Part shown: piece by piece, positions 1 to 11,670 of the stretch
Numbering within the stretch: the first letter of the stretch is position 1
How the letters are laid out: every line of letters starts with the position of its first letter
The notes under the pieces: model-generated
Seen by the model: the letters and a program-made list of their open reading frames with translations, nothing else
Told to the model about the DNA's origin: nothing
The model's database searches: none
Made by a program: the position numbers and the translations under genes
Origin: Octopus vulgaris
Lineage: Eukaryota
Length of the DNA stretch: 64,000 nt
Direction: 5' to 3'
NCBI GenBank assembly: GCA_951406725.2
Contig: OX597820.1
Location: forward strand, 125,116,001-125,180,000

Positions 1-346
1 CTGGCTCATCTGTTTATGAGACTCGTCCGGTCCACTGGCTGCCATGTGCTGGGGTGACAGTTCACTCCACAACACTTTCCTATACGCGTGGGAAATACTA
101 CTGACTAGGTCCGGATAAAGCACACCATATGCTTACCCAGCGGATGTTGGTCGTACATTTGCCTCGTGATCACAAATACACCAACAGACGTTTGTCAGTT
201 CTTTGATGTAGGTAGATATACTCACGTTTAGGAGAAACTATTCGTTTTAATATATTTGTCTTGGTTTTCTAATAAAAAAAATCTCCAATATTTAAGCCAC
301 AAATTTGTCTCAATTTTTATCTCATCGAAATAGCCATCAAGTTAAA

Positions 347-347
347 C

Positions 348-379
<32 letters not shown>

Positions 380-530
380 CTTCTTCTTCTTCTTCTTCTT
401 CGTCTTCTTCTTTTCCTCCTTTTTTCCTCCTCCTTCTTTTCCTTCTCCCCTCCCCTCCTTCTTCTTATTCTCCTTCTTCCTCCTCTTTTCATTCCCCTAC
501 TCCCCTTCTTACTCTTCTTCCTAGTTTTAG
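347..530. repeat. (CTT)n microsatellite decaying into a polypyrimidine tract
   Basis: Directly visible; it explains ORFs 305..550 and 337..591. Confidence 0.95.
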
Positions 531-549
531 TAAATATCTTCAGAATGTG

Positions 550-1100
550 AACAATAAATTGATACAATGGTAATGGTAATAGAGTTAACATTTGTTATTC
601 TTACATTATATTATGTTCTTAAGTTGATTATTCCGCTAGGGAGTGGGTGTCATTGTAGTCGATTGGTTAATTCATGGTTTCACTGGGAAATCAAAGCGGG
701 GTGCATAATATTTTGGTGTGAAATTCCGAGTTTCACTAAACACATTTTTCTGTATACTCGGGTATTAAATTGGTTTTAATCAGCCGTGAGTTTTAGTCAC
801 CAGCAATGTACATGAAGCGGGGATACCTCTAAGTTAAAGTGAAAAGGGAGCTAACTCAAATCGGATTATGTTCACTAGGGAGAATGGTTTAAAATTATAA
901 TATGGCTAAAGTTAAGGAAGTTCATAATTATAAAAGGGGCCCTATGAAGGTGTAAATAAATTATTAAGGAATATGGAGGGTGATTGGTGTTGTGGTCACA
1001 GTTTATGTATAATAGTTTAAGGTTGTTCCTAGCTAATTAGATTTATATAGATGAATATGCTAGTGTGGGATTTGTAGAGGGTCATACTATCTTACCGATA
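550..1100 (-). mobile_element. Possible highly decayed Penelope-like RT fragment
   Basis: The minus strand gives FNTRVYRK, similar to the PLE thumb motif T.VYRK. Many stops. Confidence 0.25.
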
Positions 1101-1299
1101 CTTTGTATATATGTATAGCTATGTATTAAGTATATTATTAAACTTACTAATGTTTTCAACAAATTCATTCACATTTACGTAAACGGAGGATGTTAGATGT
1201 TAATATAGACGATATTTTTTTTAATATTATTCATGTAGCTACACAAATGTTTCATACAGAAAGACAGGGGATTTTCCCTGTAAGTTTGGAATAATATTT

Positions 1300-1355
1300 C
1301 CTCATATTATTATTATAATTATTTTTATTATACTTATTATTATTATTTTTTTTAT

Positions 1356-1446
<91 letters not shown>

Positions 1447-1455
1447 ATTGTAATT
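1300..1455. repeat. (TTA)/(TAA) microsatellite with a strand switch
   Basis: (TAA)10 at 1358-1387 directly abuts a (TTA) run starting at 1388. Confidence 0.95.
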
Positions 1456-1473
1456 ATTATATATGTGTGTGTG

Positions 1474-1745
1474 TTGTTTGATCCTTCTCATGCCATGCCT
1501 GGCTCATAGGGCCTGTGTCCCGGTTTCCTTGGCGGCGCATAGGCTCCCCTCCTGGACAAGACGCCAGTCCATCGCAGGTGAGTTACAAGATGCAGGAGGA
1601 AAGAGTGAGAGAAAGTTGTGGCAGAAGTTCGCCATTACCTTCTGCCGGAGCCGCGTGGAGCTTAGGTGTTTCGCTCATAAGCACATCGCTCGGTCTCAGA
1701 TTTGATCCCGCACTCCCTCGACCGCGCGTCCGTTGCTCTAACCAC
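1474..1745 (-). mobile_element. tRNA-derived SINE with a V-domain-like centre
   Basis: Minus-strand head gtggttagagcaacggac...gggatcaaatc is A/B-box-like. The centre tgcgatggactggcgtcttgtccagg resembles the V-SINE conserved domain. Confidence 0.65.
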
Positions 1746-1767
1746 ACACACGCACACACACACACAG

Positions 1768-1819
<52 letters not shown>

Positions 1820-3464
1820 GCATGTAAAATACGTATAAATGGAATCAGCTTTGTTGTCTGTGGAAACATTTATTGTCCATAAAGAATGATTACAATAGAA
1901 TTATTAAAAATTTGTTTTGAAAGGTTTCGATTAACTCATCGAAATTAAATGTCTTTTCATATTTCAATCATAAGCGGAAACGTGGCCATTGAGATGCATA
2001 TGAGACTTATTCAATTTGAATGCTTTCAATTGGCTCATTTGAAATAACAATTATTTATACGGACATGAAGCAGCATTGTATGTAATATTTTAGAAGAGAG
2101 AAACATCTCACAGACACTTTTATGTTTAAAATGTAGGAGGTGTCTCAGAACGCCGATAAATCGTCAGAAACGGTGTGTGGAACTTATTTTCTCTCCTCAG
2201 TGGCGAATAACACTGACGTTATGTGCTAAAATGTTTGTTCATTATAGAAATCGGTAAGTGAAACAGTGAGGTGCGCAAACATTTGCCAAGCAACATCTAA
2301 ATTGATATAATCATCTAAAATTACCTTAGAAGTTTGTTTTAAAACCAAAAATGAAGTAAGGTAAATAATGACAATATTTTGTTTCATAAACTGAATATAA
2401 ATCACTATATCGCAAAATGTTGCAAATAGTATTCGTATATCCTGTGTAGATTCTAAATAAATATCATTTATTATTTTTTGTACCAGCCAAAAAAAGAGAA
2501 TGAAAAAGAAGGATCACCATAAAAAGTAGATTTCGTTGCTTTCAGTGAAAGTAACAATAACCATTCTGAGTAAAACATATACACTTGTTTATTGTTTCGT
2601 TTTTATTCGTCCGCTTCTGATTTGTTTCCCTCTTGCTTTCACCATATCCATGGAGGTCTACCCTGTTCTCGTAGGCTGCAGGCTTTTCACACTTTTTCCG
2701 TAACATCTATTAAACATAGTGTGTTGTTCTATTTCTATACTTCAAAAGTGACGATAATTTGCATGTAAGGAATGTGAGATCTGTCAGCGAAATAGGAATT
2801 ATAGTTTTTTTAATGAAATGTTGTTAGTATTATGAATAAAGAACAATTCAATTTTCTACAAAATGTTTATGCATATACGTATATACTTATATATGCATGT
2901 ATATATGTATCTAAGCATATATGTGTGCGCACAAATATGTATATATGCACGCATAAACCTACACTCACCTATACATATATGCATCCATAAAGGTACGCAC
3001 ATACATATACACGTTCACACATATATGTTTAACTTTTTTCGATGTTCCAATTTTAACCTGTATTCTATCACTATCACACTTGGTGTAAACAGAACAACAG
3101 CAGGTGAAATGTGGTGGGCAAATCCTAAAAGCGCACAGATACACTCCACACACAAACATATCATGTATATGTATACCGCAGGCATCCACACAGTTTCCGT
3201 TTATAAAAAGCACTGGTCGGATTGAGATGTAATACAAGATACTTGTCCAAGTTACCGCTTAGTTATACGAAAATAAAATCTCCGTGTTTGCGATGAGAAT
3301 TTATAAAACATACAATTATACATACAAGCATACATAAATATATTCAAACGTACAGCTACCATTCACCATATTTGTTTTTTTTAGCAGGCATTTTCTCTGT
3401 TTCGTCTATTTCGGTTCTTGCAAGATCTATCAAATATCGAAGATTGAGCTGTCAATAAATAGAT

Positions 3465-3595
3465 AATAATCTTCTCTTTTAGTGCCTTATAATTTAAAAC
3501 ACTCACCGGTAGAATTTTCACTTTTTTTTTATTTTTTAAAAATTTTCGTTGCGTCTTGCAACGTTTTAAATAGTTTTGACTCTGTCCGTTATTTA
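3465..3595 (+). repeat. Dispersed repeat fragment (same family as 44564-44780)
   Basis: gtgccttataatttaaaacactcaccggta...ttgcgtcttgcaac recurs in reverse complement at about 44640-44775. Confidence 0.75.
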
Positions 3596-3808
3596 CACTG
3601 TGTTCCTTTTTGTTTGTTTATGCGCATGTGTGTAGATTACTATGTGTGCGACTATACATGCGTGCATTTATGTATGTATGTATGTATGCATGTGTGTGTG
3701 GGCAAATGTATCTATTTATATGTGTACATTTGTATGTATGCTGCCTATTCATGTGTTTGCGTGTTCTTATGTATGTGCGTGTGTGTTTGTGTTTGTATAT
3801 ATGTGTGT

Positions 3809-3876
3809 GCACCTTCTATGCATCTTATGCTATAAACTAGACATGTAGTTTACAGCAAAAGATGCATAGAAGGTGC
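3809..3876. repeat. 31-bp inverted repeat (29/31 matches, 6-nt loop)
   Basis: gcaccttctatgcatcttatgctataaacta / gacatg / tagtttacagcaaaagatgcatagaaggtgc. Confidence 0.95.
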
Positions 3877-4150
3877 TTTTAAAGACATGGATATGACATA
3901 AATAGGGGAGACATGTAGGAGCATTGCTGAATGACTAAATGAGAATTTGAGACAATATGACGACAAGTCCTCCATAGTCCTCCATACAGTCCTCCATACT
4001 CTAATAACATACTAAAGACCAACAGGCAGACTACCTGGGTCTACATGACATTCGCATCTAATCCAAGCACCCAAAGGACCCAACACTCAGACTAATACAT
4101 GGTAAATATCATACCCTCTTACACACAGTTTACACTGGTAGAGTACAATA
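3846..4150 (+). mobile_element. 5'-truncated Penelope-like element, GIY-YIG endonuclease remnant
   Basis: Reads VVYSKRCIE followed by IGETCRSIAE, matching the GIY-YIG pattern VVY.I.C...YIGET.R. Confidence 0.6.
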
Positions 4151-4203
4151 GTTAATGGGCTGTTATGTAGATAGATGTATGTGTGTGTAGGTGCATGTAT
4201 ATA

Positions 4204-4235
<32 letters not shown>

Positions 4236-4253
4236 CACATACATGTATTTATA

Positions 4254-4297
<44 letters not shown>

Positions 4298-4303
<6 letters not shown>

Positions 4304-5207
4304 GTGCGTAAGGTATTTGAGGACATAAGATGTTTGTGTCATTGCTGCATTTTTACTACCTCTGTATAATCTTGTTTTCAGAAAATGATAATTGTAGACC
4401 TTCAGCTTACTCAAGAAATGAAGAGGCATGCTGTCATTGTGATTATAAAGGCTGAACATAGCGATTTAGGAATATCTCAATTTTTATAAGTTTACAGATC
4501 TTTCATCTACTAAGTTTGTAAAGCGCTAGAGACTGAAGCTGAAAATGTATCGACAGTATCAAAGCATAAAAAGCATTCTAAACACTCCGAAAAGTTATCC
4601 AGCAAGTTCAAGAGACCATTGATTACATCCCTGAAAATCCATAAGGTCAATTGCAAAAGATCTGCATATGTCAGAAGGAAGAGTCAGAAATGTTGTCCAC
4701 GAAGACATCAGATATAAGTCTTAAATGATGAGGGAAGGTCAATTTGTTAGAAAAAGCAAATGAAAATCATTACACCAGATCTAAAAGGATCTGAAACAAA
4801 GAGCAGAAGATTTGATTTAGTTTTCCTCAAACGAGAAAAACTTCGACCAAGTTCAAATTTTTAACAGAAGAAATGACAGATGGTTATGTGCAAATCCTTC
4901 TGCAACTGTCATAGTTTTAGGGGTTGCTAGCAAGGAAGGACATGTGATGTCATCTTACTTCTTTCCATAAGGCCTTAGAGTTAAATCTGTCGCCTAAATC
5001 GAAGTGTTGTAAAAGCCCTGGATATGGAATGCCATATATGTTTCAGTAAAACTTTGCATTATGACACATAGTTGTAGTAACACAGGAATGGATGGCTGAA
5101 AATTTTCATGATCACAAAACCCTATCCCCATCTCAATCCACTGGACTATTACATGTGGAGCGTTACTGAGTAAGAGAAGTCAATAAACACGTCCATAACA
5201 CCCTGTA
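4298..5207 (+). mobile_element. Decayed Tc1/mariner transposon, maT (DD37D)-like
   Basis: Frameshifted peptides include EKNFDQ, NRRNDRWLCA, ATVIVLGV, QEWMAENFHDH and NPLDYYMWSV. Ends are TACAGAGTG and CACCCTGTA. Confidence 0.85.
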
Positions 5208-5319
5208 CGTATACACACACGCACACGCACACACACGCACACACACGCACACAGACAAAGACACACCCACACATATATATAAGGAGAGAGAGATGAGTAA
5301 CATATTCTCCGTATAGAAT

Positions 5320-6052
5320 ACACTTCGTAGGGCTCAAGAGATGTAAACTTGAAAGTATCGGTCGTTTCCCCAATGTAAACATACGGTCCTACCCTTATGT
5401 GTAGGGTGCGTTTATATACAAGATTTGTACTCATTCAGAGGTCCATCAATGGGCAACTTGATTTTACTCTGCATTAATTATATTTAGTTGTGTGTATGGT
5501 AGTTCTGACTTCATTCTCCAACGTTGTTACCTTGTTTGCTATATAACTAGTATTACGACTATGACTATTTAGCCGTATCTGGTGTATATCGCTGCGGTGT
5601 ACATCTCCTTTCTTAGTATTTTGATGTATACATTTGCTAGTTTCAGTAGGTGGGTTATTGAACAGTTGTTTTACTTTACTATAATTAAGGCGATCCATAA
5701 GCTGCTCTAAATTAATAGAATTAGCGTAAGATACCTTCACGGTGTGCCTGTATTAAAATAGCACGGTATCAATTTGATTTTGGGAAATATTTGTCTAAAG
5801 CGGCAAACATTTCCCGAGCGATCTTCATTGAAACATTGCAACCGAAAATTGGGTTGTACTATATTTGTTGTCTGGCCTATTTTGCTGGTCTTTTGTACAG
5901 GTTTCAAACAATATATTGTGTTATGAGCAGTAGAAATTTTGTAATATGTGTATCTACGAGTTTTAGTTTGTTGTTTATGCATATATGTGTGTGTGTGTGC
6001 ATGTATATTTATATGAATAAGTATAAGTATATATATATATATATATATATAC

Positions 6053-6083
<31 letters not shown>

Positions 6084-6086
6084 CAT

Positions 6087-6156
<70 letters not shown>

Positions 6157-6620
6157 GGGCGTGTATGATTGTGTATAGAAAAATATATTACTGAAAGAAA
6201 TTCCAACTTTGTCTAATTTTAACGTTTTATTTACTATCTTATAATAATTTAAGATTAAATAACTAGTACGTTCATACATTAAACAATGCAATCTTCAGGT
6301 TCATGCATTAGTGGTGACAGTATTTTTATTTTTACAATTTACAACTGTGGTGAGATGGTTAAACCGTGTGTCTTAAATACATTTGTAGAGGCTCCAGAAT
6401 ATTAACTTTTGCAAACTGTATTCTGACCAATCAGTGAATTGCTTTACTAAAATATGTAAGTAGATTGTTGTTTGGTCTAGGCGTCACAGTGTGTAGAACG
6501 TGTCAAGTGAGTTGTATTTTGCCCTTGGTCAAGTCGGTAATTGTTGTGCTACTTTTGGAAATTTTGTAAACAACATTTCCCATGGATTTTTGCATTTTAA
6601 TTACATCATCACCATTATCA
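5320..6620 (-). mobile_element. Cluster of Penelope-like fragments (endonuclease region), split by microsatellites
   Basis: Minus-strand peptides [19 protein letters not shown] and NTIYCLK...IGQT. Degenerate pLTR-like cctgaagattgc at about 6300. Confidence 0.6.
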
Positions 6621-6828
6621 TCTCTTTTAATATTTTTGTCGTTGTTGTTGTTGATGTGTTGATGGTGGTCGTGGTGGTAGGAGTAGCTATGGTAATATAA
6701 ATTTACACCCCTAAATAAGATTATTGTTACTGACGCTTCTGTTGACTTAATATTTCCTGCAATCCCCATCATGTGCACATTTAGTATTCAGGTATTGATG
6801 TGTGTCCGTGTGCTTGTGGCTTATATAT

Positions 6829-7055
6829 GTGAGCTGGCAGAAACGTTAGCACGCCGGGCGAAATGCTTAGCGGTATTTCGTCTGCGTTACGTTGTGAGTT
6901 CAAATTCCGCCGAGGTCGACTTTGCCTTTCATCTTTTCGGGGTAGATAAATTAAGTACCAGTTGCGCACTGGGGTCGATGTAATCGACTTAATACCTATG
7001 TCTGTCCTTGTTTGTCCCCTTGTTTGGCCCCTTGTGTGTAATAAAGAAATAGGTA
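6829..7055 (+). mobile_element. Octopus tRNA-derived SINE, family B, near full length
   Basis: gagctggcagaaacgttagc...gagttcaaattccgccgaggtcgactttgcc. B-box gagttcaaattc; multiple copies in the window. Confidence 0.85.
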
Positions 7056-7365
7056 TATATCTGTGGTAATGGTGGTGTCCTTCTTAATTACTATTATATC
7101 TAGGAATGGTAATTTGGTACTATCCATCTCCTTTGTAAATTGGACAGATGGGTGTAGGTTACTCAGGCAGATATGAATTCTTCCAGAGTATTTAGAAATT
7201 CTGTCCAGATTACGAAACAAACGTCAACGTGTCTCTTCCATGCCTTTTCAATATACTTTCTAAATTTAGTGCTATAGTTTTCCACTACATTTTAGTAGAG
7301 TTGTTCGAAATATTCCATTAGGGCGTTCGCGTAAACGGGAGCAAAAATCGTTCTTATCACCGTAC
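7056..7365 (-). mobile_element. Penelope-like reverse transcriptase fragment
   Basis: Peptides FAPVYANALMEYFE, WKRHVDVCFVIW and LHPSVQFTKEMDSTKLPFLDIIVIKKDTTITTDIY. Confidence 0.85.
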
Positions 7366-9010
7366 CTTTAATATAGATATATAAATGCATATATGGGTAT
7401 ATGTATATGAGCGTCTATGGAGAAAGGATGAGGCATGGGCAATGGAATCATCTCTACATTGTGTTTCACATATCAGGCAGAAGCCCATTCATTCCATCAA
7501 AGACAGACATAGGAATTCGAATGAAATTTAAAGAAATCTTCCTTAGTTTCGTACTGCATAGCATATCTGAATTTCTCCCTTGTATTAACCTCATGACAAC
7601 ACTTTTGTTTATAAAACAAGTAGCTTGCATTGAAATCTCGGCTGAGATCAGCAATTACCGCATGACAATGTTTCGGCGTATATTTACATCAACTGCGTTA
7701 ACCAGATTACGGCGATGATACATCCGGTTACCTCTGTGAAGCGACGGTAATCGCGCCTGTTGAGGTTAAGCACATAGTGCGAGATAACGTTCGGTGTATA
7801 TTTACGTCAACCTCTTTAGTGCAAGTGCTGTTTATTTATGAAGGCTATATCCTTGTGCAGGACGCTCATGCGATATTATTCCTGATTAAACTCACTGAAC
7901 AGCACAAGTCAGATCAACTTCAGGTATTTATAATCACGAGAATTCAAAACTTGACTTTAGTGTGTTACAGTTCAAAACAAAGTACCACACACAGTGGCAT
8001 ATCACATTGTGAACATTGGTATCTACTTCCTAAAGTTTTCTTTTTACTTTACATACTGATCATCACTTTGATGAGCCTGTAATATCGTACACGATCCAGG
8101 AATGTAAATGTATTTTCCAATGCAATAAACACATTTATCTTATTCTTCGTGTCATTAAATTCATTTTCTAAATTATTTGCATAACCCACATGCATCATAA
8201 TGAACCAATGTGATAAAAATCGATGATAAACTAATTGAAAACAGCTTCATTTTGATAGATCAGATCTCTAGTAACCTACATTTTAAAAGTGGATGTCGGA
8301 ACTTTTACATGGGATTGGGGTGGAATTGATATTCTTAACAATATCAATATCGAGATTTATCGCATAAATCATTCCTGTATAGAGGAGGTTGAGAAGCTTT
8401 GTAGGCGATTTCCCATAGGGCAACACAAATCCAGTTCGTAACACATATATATTTACATATATGAATGCCTTCACAGTAAGCCTGTATTTTAAGATTTCGC
8501 TTAGGTATGTCAATATTAGTTGACTCGTTTTACAAATCTAGACATACTTCACAGTAAGCGTTAGTTCATTGCGGTATATAAGAAATTAACTTAATGACAA
8601 TGGGGTAGATATTATAATTAACTTCATTAGCGTACAACTGTTTCTTCTATTAAGAGGCTTCGAGGAAATGTTAAGGTGATGCACAAGCACTTGGATTTGC
8701 GTGGAGTGTAGGTTATCGCTGTGAATCCTAGCCACATGTCATTTCATTTCATATGTATGGATGTATATATATATATGTATATGAGCATGCTTTTGTATAC
8801 ATATGTATAAACAAATGTTGTATTAGTATATTGACGGAACACACACGCGCACACACACACACACATATATATATATACATGAATTTATGCATGTATGTAT
8901 ATAAGCACGCACTGCCATACAAACATTGATAAATATATACATACATATATATATGTATATACATATATATATATATACAAAATGTACATATATTGTATAT
9001 ACATACATTT

Positions 9011-9056
<46 letters not shown>

Positions 9057-9121
9057 AAATGTATGTATATACAATATATGTAAGATATATGTATGTGTAT
9101 ATATATATATATATATATAAA

Positions 9122-9157
<36 letters not shown>

Positions 9158-9158
9158 G

Positions 9159-9206
<48 letters not shown>

Positions 9207-9207
9207 T

Positions 9208-10011
9208 AATGTAATTATCAGTAATAATATAGGGTGAAATTAATTAATTTGGAATAATCATTAATTTCACCAAGTTGGTTTCGGCATGTAAAAGCCCCAT
9301 TCAAGGAAGGTTTAAGTAATACTAAGTAATTAAGGGTTTAGCAGCGATTTGCCTCACCACACACCGAATTTAGAAATAGCAGTCAAAAAGTTATGGCTAT
9401 TTTTCTACTTAAAAGCGAGATCCCAGTAAAACCACAGCACCTTAAAAGGCAAACAACGCAGGCAAAAGAGAAAGAAATGACGACAATCATTCTATATTAA
9501 GTCACCTACGGACGTACGTTTCGAAATTAAGTCATAGGAAAGCATAAAATTTAAATAATTATGTCTTACCCGACTATTTTTCTCCTCAGCGTAGGACTCT
9601 TCAATTATAAATAATTCCGTCTCAATCATTAATAATTGTGTTTTAAATTTGGAAGCACTAGAAGACATCACCTCAACTCATGGTATCAGAGCGAGCGTAA
9701 GCCATTACCAGTACCACCAAATTCAAAGGGTGAATGAAAGTATGTTACCATCCTCCTCCCACCAGCGTGCTGCCAGAATATGATGTTGCGGCTATTTACT
9801 GGGGTGAAATGTAATTATCAATAATAATATAGGGTGAAATGAATTAATTTGGAATAATCATTAATTTCAGCAAGTAGGTTTCGGCATGTAAAAGCCCCAT
9901 TCAAGGAAGGTTTAAGTAATACTAAGTAATTAAGGGTTTAGCAACGATTTGCCTCACCACACACCGAATTTAGAAATAGCAGTCAAAGTGTTATGGCTAT
10001 TTTTTCTACTT
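9208..10011 (-). mobile_element. Non-autonomous element with ~200-bp direct repeats and an internal hammerhead (PLE pLTR-derived or retrozyme-like)
   Basis: 9208-9410 and 9808-10011 differ by 7 substitutions and 1 indel (period 600 bp). No ORF between them; hammerhead at 9505-9595. Confidence 0.7.
9505..9595 (-). ncRNA. Type I hammerhead ribozyme motif with an intact core
   Basis: Minus strand reads CCTACG-CTGAGGA-GAAA...TTTC-GAA-ACGTACGT-C-CGTAGG. Perfect 6-bp stem I, canonical core, GUC cleavage triplet. Confidence 0.8.
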
Positions 10012-10170
10012 CACCGTGATCACCGTGACCGACCAGGATATCAGATATATATATACATATATGTATATATATAATTAAATAAATAAATGCACGTTTATGA
10101 TAGTATTTTATATTTGTTTATATGACATCTTTGAGAAGCTATAACCTACCCTTTCCTTTTTCTTTCACAG

Positions 10171-10236
10171 GAGAAAGATGTTCGTATCATTCTCGGAAAC
10201 TTCTCACCCCAGATGGCTCCAAACGTCTTCTGTAAT
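10171..10236 (+). CDS. GABBR2: GABA-B receptor subunit 2-like, internal coding exon A (66 bp, phase 0-0)
   Basis: Acceptor ctttcctttttctttcacag and donor gtaagt. Translates EKDVRIILGNFSPQMAPNVFCN, matching the GABA-B R2 Venus flytrap motif (recalled fly EKDVRIILGNF, human DVRIILGQF...VFCC). Not in the ORF track because it is short. Confidence 0.93.
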
Positions 10237-10980
10237 GTAAGTGATTCTTATGATTTAAATAGAGCTAATATTTAGTTTTCTTTATCAAAACGATTATGCT
10301 ACAAAAAATAAAATTACTTCTATGTAATGATACGTTTTAATTATTGTCAGACACACATCGTCTTATTTCATCATGCTTTCGTTATATTTTTTATTTTTAT
10401 TTCTTTATTACACTAAAATTGTAGATATAATTTAGTGACAGAATCTCTAGGCGGTGGCATGTTCTGCTAGATTGTTTTCCGCATGGTCATATATATTTTT
10501 AAAAAAGAATCTTCATTGTCAGATGAGATAATAAAAAAAACAACGGTCAAGTCTGGAGTGTCTTCAGTGAAAGGACTTTTCTGAAGCGTATTAAGTGTAT
10601 CCGCACCGATGAAAATAACAAGCGAACGCATATAGTTCTTTACAGTTATAACGCGGTATACAAACCTGAAAAATGCGCCTAATCTTGCTCAATTGCGTAA
10701 ATTTGGACTTACATTAGCTACGGCTAAACATAAAAATATAAAAACGAAAAAGAAACAAAGAAATGCAAATCTCCAAAGTAAATATTTAAATCAGCAGCCA
10801 TGTATCTTTTTGCAATAGAACAATCATTTGAATTCACAAGCTGAACTTATATGTATATATGCATACATTCCTCTGACACGAACATATTCATATGCACATA
10901 TATATTCACATTCATTCATGCATAATATATAATGGTATAGAGATATATATTCATGCGTTTAAATGTGTATGCATACGCTG

Positions 10981-11061
<81 letters not shown>

Positions 11062-11384
11062 TTTGGGTTTATACCTTGTAGTATGCTAAACCTGTACTTA
11101 GCCATTTCTTCCTAATACATTTAAGCTACAGCCACTAACAACATTCTCTAGTAAATCCGAACGAACGAAACATTGTTTTATATATATACATCAGCAAATA
11201 ATTTCAGTTTAATTTACAATGTATATAAATATAAAGCAAAGATAGAATAATTTATTTGTTACGTTCTTTTGTGTCGGAAACAGCATATTAACTATAACAT
11301 TTCAAATGCACGCTTTTTAAATGAGAAATATTCATGACTTGCAGAGAAACTCGGCCTTGCTCGGTATTAAAATGGCAGCTTTTT

Positions 11385-11670
11385 TATTGTTTTAATTGTT
11401 TCAGTCAAGTGACTGCAGCTCTGCTGTAGTACCGCCCTTGGTCAAACAAATCGACCACAGGATTTATTCTTTGTAAGTCCAGCACTTATTCTATCAGTGT
11501 CTTAAGCCGAACCGCTAAGTTATGGGAACCTAAACATTGGCTGTCAAGCAATGTTGGGGTACAAGCACAGACACACACACTTACTGACACATACATATAT
11601 ACGCGACAGTCTTCTTTCAGCTGGTGTGTACGAAATCCTGTCACAAGGCATTGGTCGGCGTGAGGTTATA
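11385..11670 (-). mobile_element. Octopus CORE-type tRNA SINE, family A, 3' part, diverged
   Basis: Homologous to 31673-32130 (cagtca...gcaaatcgacc...gccgaaccgctaagt). Confidence 0.8.

Noticed and set aside
550-1250. Possible mitochondrial insertion (NUMT)
   Set aside because: The strand-skewed AT-rich look is suggestive, but no mitochondrial protein, tRNA or rRNA motif was recognisable.
7670-7812. Two copies of ttcgg(c/t)gtatatttac(a/g)tcaac resembling hammerheads on the minus strand
   Set aside because: The core reads UUGAUGU or UUGACGU and no G10.1-C11.1 stem II forms; at most a decayed pLTR.
8290-8700. Further PLE RT remnant on the minus strand
   Set aside because: Only a vague DIVKNINSTPIP resemblance; too weak to call.
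9208-10011. CRISPR array or classical LTR retrotransposon
   Set aside because: Only two 200-bp repeats, no short repeat-spacer periodicity, no TG...CA ends on the repeats, and no adjacent PBS/PPT or gag/pol.
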